From Candidatus Obscuribacteraceae bacterium (GTDB lineage: Bacteria > Cyanobacteriota > Vampirovibrionia > Obscuribacterales > Obscuribacteraceae), in NCBI GenBank assembly GCA_044226015.1, contig JBGAHS010000001.1, forward strand, positions 448,001 to 512,000: DNA of 64,000 nucleotides. The letters run 5' to 3'. Below are positions 26,801 through 34,071 of this stretch, piece after piece (position 1 is the first letter of the stretch; every line of letters starts with the position of its first letter). The position numbers were made by a program, and so were the translations under genes. The notes under the pieces were generated by a model. The model was not told the DNA's origin, ran no database searches, and was given only the letters and a program-made list of their open reading frames with translations.

Positions 26801-29585
26801 CTTTCATGCCGATGTACAGAGCCGCAAGTGATGACGCGCAGGCTGCATCGACGCAGAAATTGATGCCGCCTAAATCGAATCTATTTGCCACGCGCCCTGC
26901 CACTACGTTCCCCAAATATCCAGGGAAAGAGTCTTCAGTCCATTCTGGCAAGCGGGCTTCGAGCTTCTTCCTATATTCGGGATCAAGGTCACTAAGAGTC
27001 CAGTCGAGCATCGCCCTTATGCCGTAGAAAGAAGTAATCGGTCCATGTCCTGCGTTTGCTAAAACTATTGAAGTTCGCTCTTTGGGAAATGCTCGTTTTT
27101 GATAGCCGGCATCCTGAAGAGCTGCTCGCGTTACTTCCAAAATGAGCAACTGCATTGGGTCTACTGATGCAAGGCTTGCAGGAGGAATTCCGTAGCTTGA
27201 TGGGTCGAAGGGAATATCCTTAAGGAAACCTCCCCACTTAGAGTAGATTTTGTCTTTCTCTAGCGGGTTTTCGTTGTACATCTTGGTCCAGTCCCACTGA
27301 TCAATCGGGACTTCCTCGATGGTATCAACCTTGTTCAAAATGTTCTGCCAGTAGGTTTCCAGATCATTCGCTTTGGGAAACAGGCATGACATTCCAACTA
27401 TGGCGATCGGCTCGTGCTGAGGCTCGTATGATTTTTTAGACGGGGCACTCTTCTTTTCGCCAACAGACTGAAGGTACATATCGGCCTGGTTTGAGACAGA
27501 CTCGTGCAAATCCTTGATACTAGTGACCTTGTTGTGCATTGAGGCAACCTGGCCGATCATGTACATGCCATCAGCCCATTGCTTCTCATTGGCGACTTTC
27601 ACCAACTTACTGCCACCAGAACCGGCTTCGCCTCTTGCCAGACCTTTGCTGGCGACTCGCAAGCGACCCAGGTTCATAAGCTCAAGTTCTTGACGCAGTT
27701 CATTTTTTCCCATGCCCTCAGATTCAAGTTTCTTACGCTTGTCGTCGAACACTCTTTTGTATGGCGAATCGATGCATCGAATTGCGTGACCTGGTCCAGT
27801 TTCAAGCAATACTGTATCTTCGCACTTCAGAGCTGCTTCCTGGAATTTTTCTACGATGGCTCCTGCACTGACAGCTTCTTTTGTGAAGAGATAAGCCGTT
27901 CCCATCAGCACGCCGATGCAAATGCCTCGCTCGACTAGCGGTGCCGCCAATGCTGCAACCATGGCACTAGATATGGTGTCATGAATACCGCCTGCGAAGA
28001 CTATGTGATATTCGCTAGGGTTAGCCTTTGGTGGAATCGAAGTGAGTAGAACATCAATCATGCTTTCCCAGAGCACGAAGCTTGAGCGAGGTCCGACGTG
28101 ACCCCCGCACTCTTTACCTTCGAAAATGAATCTCTTGGCACCTAACTCTATGAATGACTCCAACAGGACAGGCGATGGTACGTGCAAGTAGGTTTTAATT
28201 CCTAGTGCCTCGAGTTCTTTGGCCTGGTCAGGGCGTCCACCAGCTATCAAGGCGCAAGGTGGTTTGTGTTTTAGAACCACTTGAAGCTGTTCTTGACGTA
28301 ATTCTGGGGGAACGAATCCCAACAATCCAACTCCCCATGTGCCGCCGGCCAGATCTTTTGAGCATTGCTCAAGCAATGGTTCAATCTCTGATTTGCGCAT
28401 CAAGGACAGTGCCAGGAAAGGCAAGCCGCCGCCTTTTTGTACTTCGTAGGCAAATTCGGCCGTATCAGAAACGCGCGTCATCGCACCCTGCAATACAGGG
28501 TACTTGCAGCCATGTGAAGCCGCCAGGGGGCTGTCTTCTGCAAGGGCATGTTGAGCTTTCGCCAGCTCGAGATTGGTCTTCGCGTGGGCGCGAATAGCTG
28601 CAATCACAGAAGCGACGCTCTGATACTTGCGAGCGAGCGCTGCCGCAAACGCGATGTCTTGACCAAGCGGGCAATGCGATGGCAACTGGCTCTTTGCTAT
28701 CTGAGCCGAGTGCTGTAGAAAATGTCGAAGCAGTCCTGGTAGTGCATTGGCTTCGGGGGCAAACTGAAGATTTCTTGTATTATCAAGCTCACCTTTGTGA
28801 GTGGATGATGACTTTAGAATCTGGCTCTGACGCTTAGATAGCGCCATCTTCAATGAATCATCTCCGGGACGATTCCAGACGCGGAACTGTTCCTGTCCAT
28901 TGCTGATTATCTCAGTTTCGGTTCCATCAAAATTGGAGAGCTTCTCCTTTTGCTCGATTGTCAGCGGAGATTCTCTTGTTAGTAAAAGTTGTGAATGCAA
29001 AACTACGCCGCTGCCACCACCAGCTAGTACTGCTGCTGCGGTGTTGATGCCTACGCCACCTTGAATCCAGATAGGCAGCTTCACGGCTGGACGCAATCTT
29101 TGCAATAGAACATAACTTGTTTCTTCGCCGACTCGGCCGCTTGCTTCGTGACCTTTTGCGATCAACGCATCTGCATCAGCAGCTTCTGCAAGTTTTGCCT
29201 CTGTTAGACTGACGCACTCTACAAAGACTTTGAAATGAAGTTTATGGAATTCTGCAATGACGGCGCTCAGGCTCTTCTGTTCGAATTGTCTGTCCCTGAC
29301 GCAAAGGATAACAACTCGCTCTGTGCATTGACTCTCGCTAATTTTCTTGATTTGCGGTTTTAGATGCTCTATTTGTTCGGCACCGCATCTGATACCAACA
29401 CTGCTGCCGCATGCCAGCAAGTCATCGATGCATTTCGATAAGTCATCGCTTTCTTCGAAATACTCCAAGTCCATGATGCCAATTGCTCCAGCTCTTGCTG
29501 CTGCAATAGCAATTCCTGGATAAGCATCTTTTACTGCCCATGCTTGCGGTGTTAGCGCGATGATTCCTAGTTCTGGCGTCTTCAC
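20808..29585 (-). CDS. Iterative type I PKS/FAS (Pfa/ArsA-like): two FabK/PfaD-type ER barrels - KS - AT - ACP - KR - DH
   Basis: ER QGAMTRVSD, EGKECGGH, AGGIHD; KS DAACASSL, EAHGTGT, IGHTK; AT GHSFGE, AFHS; ACP LGIDSIKRVE; KR TGGARGI, YVAAN; DH DHTFNGMPVLP, DSAMQ. Likely start GTG 29585 after AGGAG (track 29627). Confidence 0.93.
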   Translation of the reverse strand: MKTPELGIIALTPQAWAVKDAYPGIAIAAARAGAIGIMDLEYFEESDDLSKCIDDLLACGSSVGIRCGAEQIEHLKPQIKKISESQCTERVVILCVRDRQFEQKSLSAVIAEFHKLHFKVFVECVSLTEAKLAEAADADALIAKGHEASGRVGEETSYVLLQRLRPAVKLPIWIQGGVGINTAAAVLAGGGSGVVLHSQLLLTRESPLTIEQKEKLSNFDGTETEIISNGQEQFRVWNRPGDDSLKMALSKRQSQILKSSSTHKGELDNTRNLQFAPEANALPGLLRHFLQHSAQIAKSQLPSHCPLGQDIAFAAALARKYQSVASVIAAIRAHAKTNLELAKAQHALAEDSPLAASHGCKYPVLQGAMTRVSDTAEFAYEVQKGGGLPFLALSLMRKSEIEPLLEQCSKDLAGGTWGVGLLGFVPPELRQEQLQVVLKHKPPCALIAGGRPDQAKELEALGIKTYLHVPSPVLLESFIELGAKRFIFEGKECGGHVGPRSSFVLWESMIDVLLTSIPPKANPSEYHIVFAGGIHDTISSAMVAALAAPLVERGICIGVLMGTAYLFTKEAVSAGAIVEKFQEAALKCEDTVLLETGPGHAIRCIDSPYKRVFDDKRKKLESEGMGKNELRQELELMNLGRLRVASKGLARGEAGSGGSKLVKVANEKQWADGMYMIGQVASMHNKVTSIKDLHESVSNQADMYLQSVGEKKSAPSKKSYEPQHEPIAIVGMSCLFPKANDLETYWQNILNKVDTIEEVPIDQWDWTKMYNENPLEKDKIYSKWGGFLKDIPFDPSSYGIPPASLASVDPMQLLILEVTRAALQDAGYQKRAFPKERTSIVLANAGHGPITSFYGIRAMLDWTLSDLDPEYRKKLEARLPEWTEDSFPGYLGNVVAGRVANRFDLGGINFCVDAACASSLAALYIGMKELRAGSSDMVLLAATDTHNQPGDFLSFSKTHALSPRGRCRTFDASADGIVISEGMAVLVLKRLSDAERDGDRIYALVRGIGGSSDGRDLSLTAPRPAGQMVALERAYDDAGVSPSTVGLVEAHGTGTVAGDKAEFEALRRVFEEHEAAQQVCALGSVKTMIGHTKCAAGLASVIKVARALYHKVLPPTMGVENPNPACNFESSPFFINTEVRPWIHNKQELQHPRRAGVSAFGFGGTNFHTVLEEYEGQKHYRQESAVRDFPTELFTLRTASRTQLEKQIESLENNCKKMLENASQHRGPSGNHDIASLFELAYRHHLVQSSMPPCANTKHHHHTLAVIASSGEDLLKKLELAKSVIKDESKKSLKDPRGVFFEERLHEAFGKVAFLFPGQGSQQLNMLGDLSLSFACVRETFETADRVLAEKFTQKLSRFVFPTPVFNETGRKQQRAMLTDTHVAQPAIAAADIAAYSLMEDLGIKPDMCAGHSFGEYVALCAAGTMNTDDLFRVSEARGHILKSTNGKKSGSMAAVAANGNEVRRLIAHLKDVTLANLNSPKQCIISGEVSALDEASRVLDENKVKSKPIAVSAAFHSPLMEPALKALSKAIVDVTLHAPEIPVYSNTLANPYPSKPEQIASLLCDHLVKPVEFQQMVEQMYEAGARIFVECGPGTVLTGLVSDILDGKEHLTLSLERNGKHGITQLQHLIAQALIAGVDADQSKLYKHRVENILPEKSALQKSKPKLMYLINGSHVKRFDGKNTLAANRPAEEAVRHARLAADNNQSNAREITTQTPAAKPVVSSSSTAAKASQVQGSIAPKASSYSATGSQQVSPPHKNGSTQPELRPNTSSGAQSISQPPSPAVAGTPKAQVMMEFQRSMLEMTNSFLQTQEKVMMSYLQRGGQNGANAQNLMANNSALQAQQSAQTKHMPANSNDLQNANQQTPKPQTATYTPGNGTHPTAQPTTQAGAASGNGSGDRRQDGGSDIHHDTAAGTNGAKSNGNGGNGNGNGSHGIDSEKLIIQLIEIVSERTGYPADMLDPSLDLEADLGIDSIKRVEILNNFRKLLPEEIQNELEGSIEKLAGTRTLSGITDWIRSDLADLAKGARPEVLELVHPSRARPNASSAKVETRAAQTKKTESLIGRALVKMQELPALAKSPISLTGLYLISDSEDGLAEMVATKLKTAGAKTLILKHKPNSGVAVSISPSSSKLEIDLCSQHAVEALNTAVSKQQMRIAGLIHLLPLAARQQVTPSREEKEQGYLIPRSLFTTVKELLVPLAKSNEGFKLIAATSLGGSFGLESKYPVNPIQAASAGMIKSISREFPSSLSRCLDFEELDDKFVIAQAVLTELGNTDKSQVEVAYKDGKRFTPVAVPSPIQDAESAELDLDSSSVVLVTGGARGITAELCLEIAEQHKPHFVIIGRGARPVAQEDPQYKGLSTVKELKAAIMDRLRKEGKTLSVPAIEHVYQQLIKDREIRNNLAKIEATGAKVHYYSLDVRDHAAFSNLLDKLYDSFGKIDVVIQGAGVIEDAFLKDKSLESFDRVFSTKIDAALTLASRLDLDSLKYLVLFSSVVGRTGNAGQIDYVAANEVLNKLAIQLNNRSNARVLSIGWGPWRGGMAQAELESVFARFGWSMIEAMDGRKNFYQELSSGKKADAEVLLVGMLPQKHDDSNGANGTAAHIGGNGAHASQNIKARGARLHRAEVVQDSAGSMLLRLRIDTNIDTYLNDHTFNGMPVLPMAVATELLAEAAQFKYSEFEFRKLVRLDIPQGIVIESGAKDLYISLQEESRTDSDITVNVSLSTGTNQSRKNFIARAVLSRRDVPAKLPADSLFTTEFVPSVFIDEESDLPTVDFIYDNWMFHGPLFQGISNIHALGKNGISGKLKSTPINQALKESGKESWLIDPLLMDSAMQLAGIWARHYMDITVLPVGFKTLHLFSSPVGKNFNATVKVPNESKNGELLCDLAVYDEVGRLIMLIEGLGGTGSKSLNRLAKSKNENSK

Positions 29586-29686
29586 GAACCCGGTATCTCC
29601 TGTAGGTCGTCGCTTCGTGCTCAGCAATCGCTCATGACTGGTGCAACACGAAGACAGCTCTTCGCTCGCTTAAAAAAGCGCAATTA

Positions 29687-29715
29687 ATTATATAAAGCCT
29701 GACTGTATCTGCCAT
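29687..29715 (-). promoter_or_regulatory. Candidate sigma70 promoter for the PKS genes
   Basis: Minus strand ATGGCA-17 nt-TATAAT about 100 bp upstream of the PKS start. Confidence 0.35.
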
Positions 29716-29804
29716 TTGATAGCTTTTAATTAGGACTTCGCTGGGATGTCAGGGGTGTCAAAAATCCGCTAGTTTTGGTGTGAAAGTTGACCCTTTCTTC
29801 CCTT

Positions 29805-31010
29805 CTAAATCACCACAATCTCACTCGGGCTGCGCAATTCGTAGGTGACACCGCGCCATTGAATTCTATTTGTCGTGAGCGAATATAGCGTCATCCACGG
29901 TAAAGCAAGGTGGGCCAGGGGTAGCGCCATTACGAATCTCCAGGCGGAATTTTGCAGTTCGCTCTCTCGGTCGCGAAGCACGCTTTGCCAAAGGTCTTGC
30001 CCCTTTAACAGGAAATAAACTTCAATCGGCAAAACTGTTAGTCCAGCCAGCAATGAATAGAAATATATTGGGGACGAGTTGCTTATACAGACTGCTAAAG
30101 TCCACAAAATGCTCAGCAACCAGGTTGCCATGATGCCAGCTCTAAAAATGCCTCGACGCCACAAAGCCGGATAATAAACCTTGGTTAAGATTAGTTGTCG
30201 ATTTGTCCATTCAATTACTTCTGGCCAATCGCCATCGCCGTGGCTGGCTACGAGGCATTGTGGAACGAACTTCACTTTGAGCCCAAGCTCTTTAACAGCC
30301 GTTGTCAGCGATAAATCGTCATCTGCAGCTTGATCCCAGTGAGACAAAACGTCCGCCTTTTCGAATATCTCTCGCTTTATTGCCATGGCGCCGCCCCAGG
30401 CGAAACAGTATTTGGGGCTCGCCATCTCCCAGGCAGAAACGCGATTCCAAATACTTCGTAGCATCGAAGCCGCATCACCACGATGAGGGATATAGAAGCG
30501 ATATCCTGTTGTGGCACCGACCCCAGGCTCTTCCAATCGTCCAACGAGCTGAGTGAGAAAATCCTGTCTTGCAATCACATCTGAGTCAACGAACGCGATT
30601 GCTTCTATGTCAGGGGAAAGCAGCTTTAGCGCCTCTAATTGGTTGTTCAATTTTTGCGCTCGTTTATTGTTGATGCCTGCAACAACCACTCTGCTTTTAA
30701 CATGTGGAAATTCGTCTGCCACCGCTTTAAGTGCGGGAAACGCGGGGTCGTTTTCTGTTGCTACTGCAAAAATAATTTCGAAATGAGGCAGTCCATCCTT
30801 TTTGTAATCTTGCTCAAGCAGCTTGCGCATATTGTCGTGGAAGCCTGGGTCTAAACCTTTGCAGGGCAGTACGACAGCCAATTTCGGGCGATAGCTTGGC
30901 TCTGGTTTTCCCATTTCTTCGGCAACATATTTGTACATGCGATTGAACGCATAAGCCTGTGAAATAGTTACCGCAACGGTGATAAAGCTCAGAACGCAAA
31001 GGAAAAACAT
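29805..31010 (-). CDS. Membrane GT2/GT21 glycosyltransferase (ceramide glucosyltransferase/HpnI-like)
   Basis: N-terminal TM, LPCKGLD, KLNNQL, FVDSD, WGGAMA, DDLSL, WTNRQ, C-terminal TMs and IQWRGVTY; likely start ATG 31010 (track 31094). Confidence 0.85.
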   Translation of the reverse strand: MFFLCVLSFITVAVTISQAYAFNRMYKYVAEEMGKPEPSYRPKLAVVLPCKGLDPGFHDNMRKLLEQDYKKDGLPHFEIIFAVATENDPAFPALKAVADEFPHVKSRVVVAGINNKRAQKLNNQLEALKLLSPDIEAIAFVDSDVIARQDFLTQLVGRLEEPGVGATTGYRFYIPHRGDAASMLRSIWNRVSAWEMASPKYCFAWGGAMAIKREIFEKADVLSHWDQAADDDLSLTTAVKELGLKVKFVPQCLVASHGDGDWPEVIEWTNRQLILTKVYYPALWRRGIFRAGIMATWLLSILWTLAVCISNSSPIYFYSLLAGLTVLPIEVYFLLKGQDLWQSVLRDRESELQNSAWRFVMALPLAHLALPWMTLYSLTTNRIQWRGVTYELRSPSEIVVI

Positions 31011-31234
31011 CGAATTAGGCTTGGCTGAATGATTGTCTGAATAATTTGGCTGTTTCGGAGCTAGAGTATAATGCCATCTGCCTTTGCCTTCCACTGAAAT
31101 GCATTCATTTCTATTGAAGCCATAGTGCTCGTCAGCTGAAGCAGCCGACCTTCATGGTCAGAGAATCCTCTCTTGCTAAGGCTTGCGCTCCGCTTGACTT
31201 GTTCGGCTTCAGAATCATAACTCAACTAAAGATA

Positions 31235-32956
31235 ATGTCTTTAATTCGAAAACTCGTATACCAGGTCTTCCGCCGCATGGCCGGCAAAGAGATGTCTAGC
31301 CTGGAAGCTGACTGTAAGAATCCACGGCTTGCACAGCTGCGGAAATTGCGCGAAATAGTTTCACTAAACAAGGCTAGCGCATACGGCGTTGACCATCGCT
31401 TTTCCGAGTTCGCTGACTTAAGTGACTCTGAATTGATGCTTTCACAGTTTCGAGATAATGTGCCTATCGCTGATTATGAGGCTCACCGCCCTTATATCAA
31501 TCGTATCTGGAATGGTGAGAGTAATGTATTGAGTCCTGAACAACCTTTTATGTTTGCTACCACCAGTGGTACCATGGCCGAACCTAAGTACATTCCTGTG
31601 ACAGATTCTTACATCAGGGAATTCCGTCATGCTTCGGTCGCATCCGGCTATTTCATGTTGGAAAAGTTTCCGGGAATTTCAAATGGTATTACTTTGTCAG
31701 TATTTTCTCCGGCTCAAGAAGGGCAGAGTCCGGGGGGCATACCTTTTGGCGCTATCTCGGGTGGGCTCTACACAAGAGAGCCCTGGTTGGTCAAAAAGTT
31801 CATCGCCCCAATTCCCTACGAGGTTTACCTCTGTAAGGACTATGAAACAAAGTACTATTCATTATTACGTTCTGCGCTTGTTCTGCCGGTGGCGAACTTT
31901 TACACGCTGAACCCCAGCACTATAGTTGTGTTACTAAAACGACTCGATAAGTATGCTGCCCAGCTAGTGCAAGATGTTGAAGATGGAACATTTAATCCTC
32001 CCGGACAGCCTGCTGATGAGTTGCGAACTGCAATGGCGCCGTTCCTGAAAAGAGACCCGGCCAGGGCGGCGCATCTGAGGAAATTGTTGTCTGCCGGACA
32101 ATTTACTCCGGACAAAATCTGGCCGACTCTGCAAGTTGTATGTTGCTGGACCAAAGCCAGTGCCGCCTTCTATATAAAGGATTTCAATCGCTATTTTGGA
32201 AAAGTGCCAATCATAGACATCAGTTATGGCGCAAGTGAAGGGCGTGGCAGTCTATCCATGGGCGATGGTCGCCAATTGCTCTCCATCCGTTCGCACTTTT
32301 TTGAGTTTGTCCCTGAAGAATGTATAGAAGAGGCGAACCCTCCTGTTTTGCTGGCGGATGAGCTTGAGCTTGGTAAAAACTACTACATTTTATTTACTAG
32401 TTCTGCCGGGCTTTATCGTTACCATATAAATGATGTGATTCGAGTGGTTGGCTTCCATCACCAATGCCCGCTCATCGAATTTCAATATAAAGGTGGAAAC
32501 GTATCGTCGTTTACCGGAGAGAAATTAACTGAGCTGCAAATCACCGACTGTATGCGGGCGGCTCTCGCTAGCAGTGGAATGCGCTGTAGATTTTTTACCG
32601 TTCTGCCTGAGTTCAACCCAAACCCACACTATCAGCTTTTGTTCGAGCCCGAAACCGGCTGTGAGTACTCTAAGTCTGATTTGCAGAATCTTCTGAACAG
32701 TTATGAGTTAGAGCTTTGCAGAACTAATGTGGAATACAAAGCCAAGCGTGATTCGATGAGGCTAGATGCATTCGAAGGCGCGTTTCTTCCAACAGGCTCA
32801 TATGAAGCATTGCGCAAGGAAATGACCAATAATGGAGTTGCAGATGCGCAAATCAAGTTGAGTCATTTGAATCCAAAAGCTAACGTGAGAACATACTTTT
32901 CTGAAAAAGCTGCGGGTGATTGGGTTTCTGCAGTCTGCAAGGCGAAACTCACCTGA
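31235..32956 (+). CDS. GH3-family acyl-adenylate/acyl-amido synthetase
   Basis: FATTSGTMAEPKYIP, YGASEG, FFEFVP, GLYRYHINDVI, TGEKLTE; likely start ATG 31235. Confidence 0.9.
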   Translation: MSLIRKLVYQVFRRMAGKEMSSLEADCKNPRLAQLRKLREIVSLNKASAYGVDHRFSEFADLSDSELMLSQFRDNVPIADYEAHRPYINRIWNGESNVLSPEQPFMFATTSGTMAEPKYIPVTDSYIREFRHASVASGYFMLEKFPGISNGITLSVFSPAQEGQSPGGIPFGAISGGLYTREPWLVKKFIAPIPYEVYLCKDYETKYYSLLRSALVLPVANFYTLNPSTIVVLLKRLDKYAAQLVQDVEDGTFNPPGQPADELRTAMAPFLKRDPARAAHLRKLLSAGQFTPDKIWPTLQVVCCWTKASAAFYIKDFNRYFGKVPIIDISYGASEGRGSLSMGDGRQLLSIRSHFFEFVPEECIEEANPPVLLADELELGKNYYILFTSSAGLYRYHINDVIRVVGFHHQCPLIEFQYKGGNVSSFTGEKLTELQITDCMRAALASSGMRCRFFTVLPEFNPNPHYQLLFEPETGCEYSKSDLQNLLNSYELELCRTNVEYKAKRDSMRLDAFEGAFLPTGSYEALRKEMTNNGVADAQIKLSHLNPKANVRTYFSEKAAGDWVSAVCKAKLT

Positions 32957-33027
32957 AATTCAACTTACATGTTGGTGAATGATGCAGTATCCTAAAAATA
33001 TACGCACATCAAAACCCGAGAGGCAGC

Positions 33028-33531
33028 ATGAGCGGAGATTCGACAAAGAAGGATAAGGGCCCTGAGGGCTCTGAAGATAAAGCTAGCAAGGAGTACCTGA
33101 AGGATTACTTGCGCAGCGTTTACGGCGTGAGCATAGCAGGTCGCTCCAGCATTCAGAACGATTTAACGCAGTCGGGGCAGCACAGAGCTGTTCGAATAGT
33201 CTCGGATGAGTACCTCTTCCGGCTGCTGGCTCGATTTAATGATTTGGACATTGCTCCTCGCGATGGGTTCATTAGCCGGGCAGAGCTTGAATATGCTTGC
33301 AATAACCCGCGTCTTCATTTTGATCAAAAAGACAAGAAAATGCTGGACATACTGCGCTACTATTATTTGACGATTAAAGAAGTCGCTGCGGTGGAACATC
33401 CGGACATTCCTCCGCATCATGGTATAAGTAGGCAAGATCTTGAAACTATTTCTACTTCGAGCAGTGTGCCATGTGTAAAGTTGAGAAAACGTCTGGAAGA
33501 GGAATTTGTGGCTTTAGAACCGGTAAGCTGA
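33028..33531 (+). CDS. Hypothetical protein with an EF-hand-like loop
   Basis: GAGG RBS; FNDLDIAPRDGFISRAEL and GISRQDL. Confidence 0.6.
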   Translation: MSGDSTKKDKGPEGSEDKASKEYLKDYLRSVYGVSIAGRSSIQNDLTQSGQHRAVRIVSDEYLFRLLARFNDLDIAPRDGFISRAELEYACNNPRLHFDQKDKKMLDILRYYYLTIKEVAAVEHPDIPPHHGISRQDLETISTSSSVPCVKLRKRLEEEFVALEPVS

Positions 33532-34010
33532 ATTCAAGCGCCTTCTTCGCCCAAATTTCACTTAGTTCTCTATTTGTTCTGCTGCTTTCTTTTGCTGCCG
33601 GACCTGCTTCCGTTCAAGCTGAGGATTCAGCTGTGCTGGAAGCGCAGAAGGTCTTCAAACAATATGTTGATTTGGAAAGAGCCTACGACCCGTTGCAAGC
33701 TGATTTGTTTGCACCGAATGCGGTGATTAAAGATACGCGTCTCTATCAAGATGGACAAAATAAGGTTCTCACCTGGAATGGAGAAAGCTACAAGCAAATT
33801 ATAAAAGCGCAATTGCCAGTGTCTCGAGCCAGGGCAGAGCAGTTCAATTATTCGCAAGCTGTGTTCAGCAAAGAAGGCGGAAACGTAAGAATGAAATGCT
33901 CGCGCTCATCGAGTACAAAGAGATATGCTGCCCCTCTGGAAATGGTCTTTTCGGCAGGCAAAAATGGTGCCTGGAAAATCATCGAAGAGAGTATGCAGAG
34001 TCAGTTGTAA
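33471..34010 (+). CDS. Exported NTF2/SnoaL-like protein; start uncertain
   Basis: Signal ..SVQA-ED; DLFAPNAVI and C-terminal WKIIEE typical of an NTF2-like fold. Confidence 0.6.
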   Translation: MCKVEKTSGRGICGFRTGKLNSSAFFAQISLSSLFVLLLSFAAGPASVQAEDSAVLEAQKVFKQYVDLERAYDPLQADLFAPNAVIKDTRLYQDGQNKVLTWNGESYKQIIKAQLPVSRARAEQFNYSQAVFSKEGGNVRMKCSRSSSTKRYAAPLEMVFSAGKNGAWKIIEESMQSQL

Positions 34011-34071
34011 TTTGCATCAAGCATGCCCAGATCTTGCATGGGCAAGTTTGTCTCTTTTGAATGGATTTGAT

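Noticed and set aside
16318..29585. Canonical pfa PUFA or heterocyst glycolipid (hgl) cluster
   Set aside because: Single ACP, no FabA-type DH pair recognised, ER fused in cis, no HglB-like reductase; gene symbols withheld
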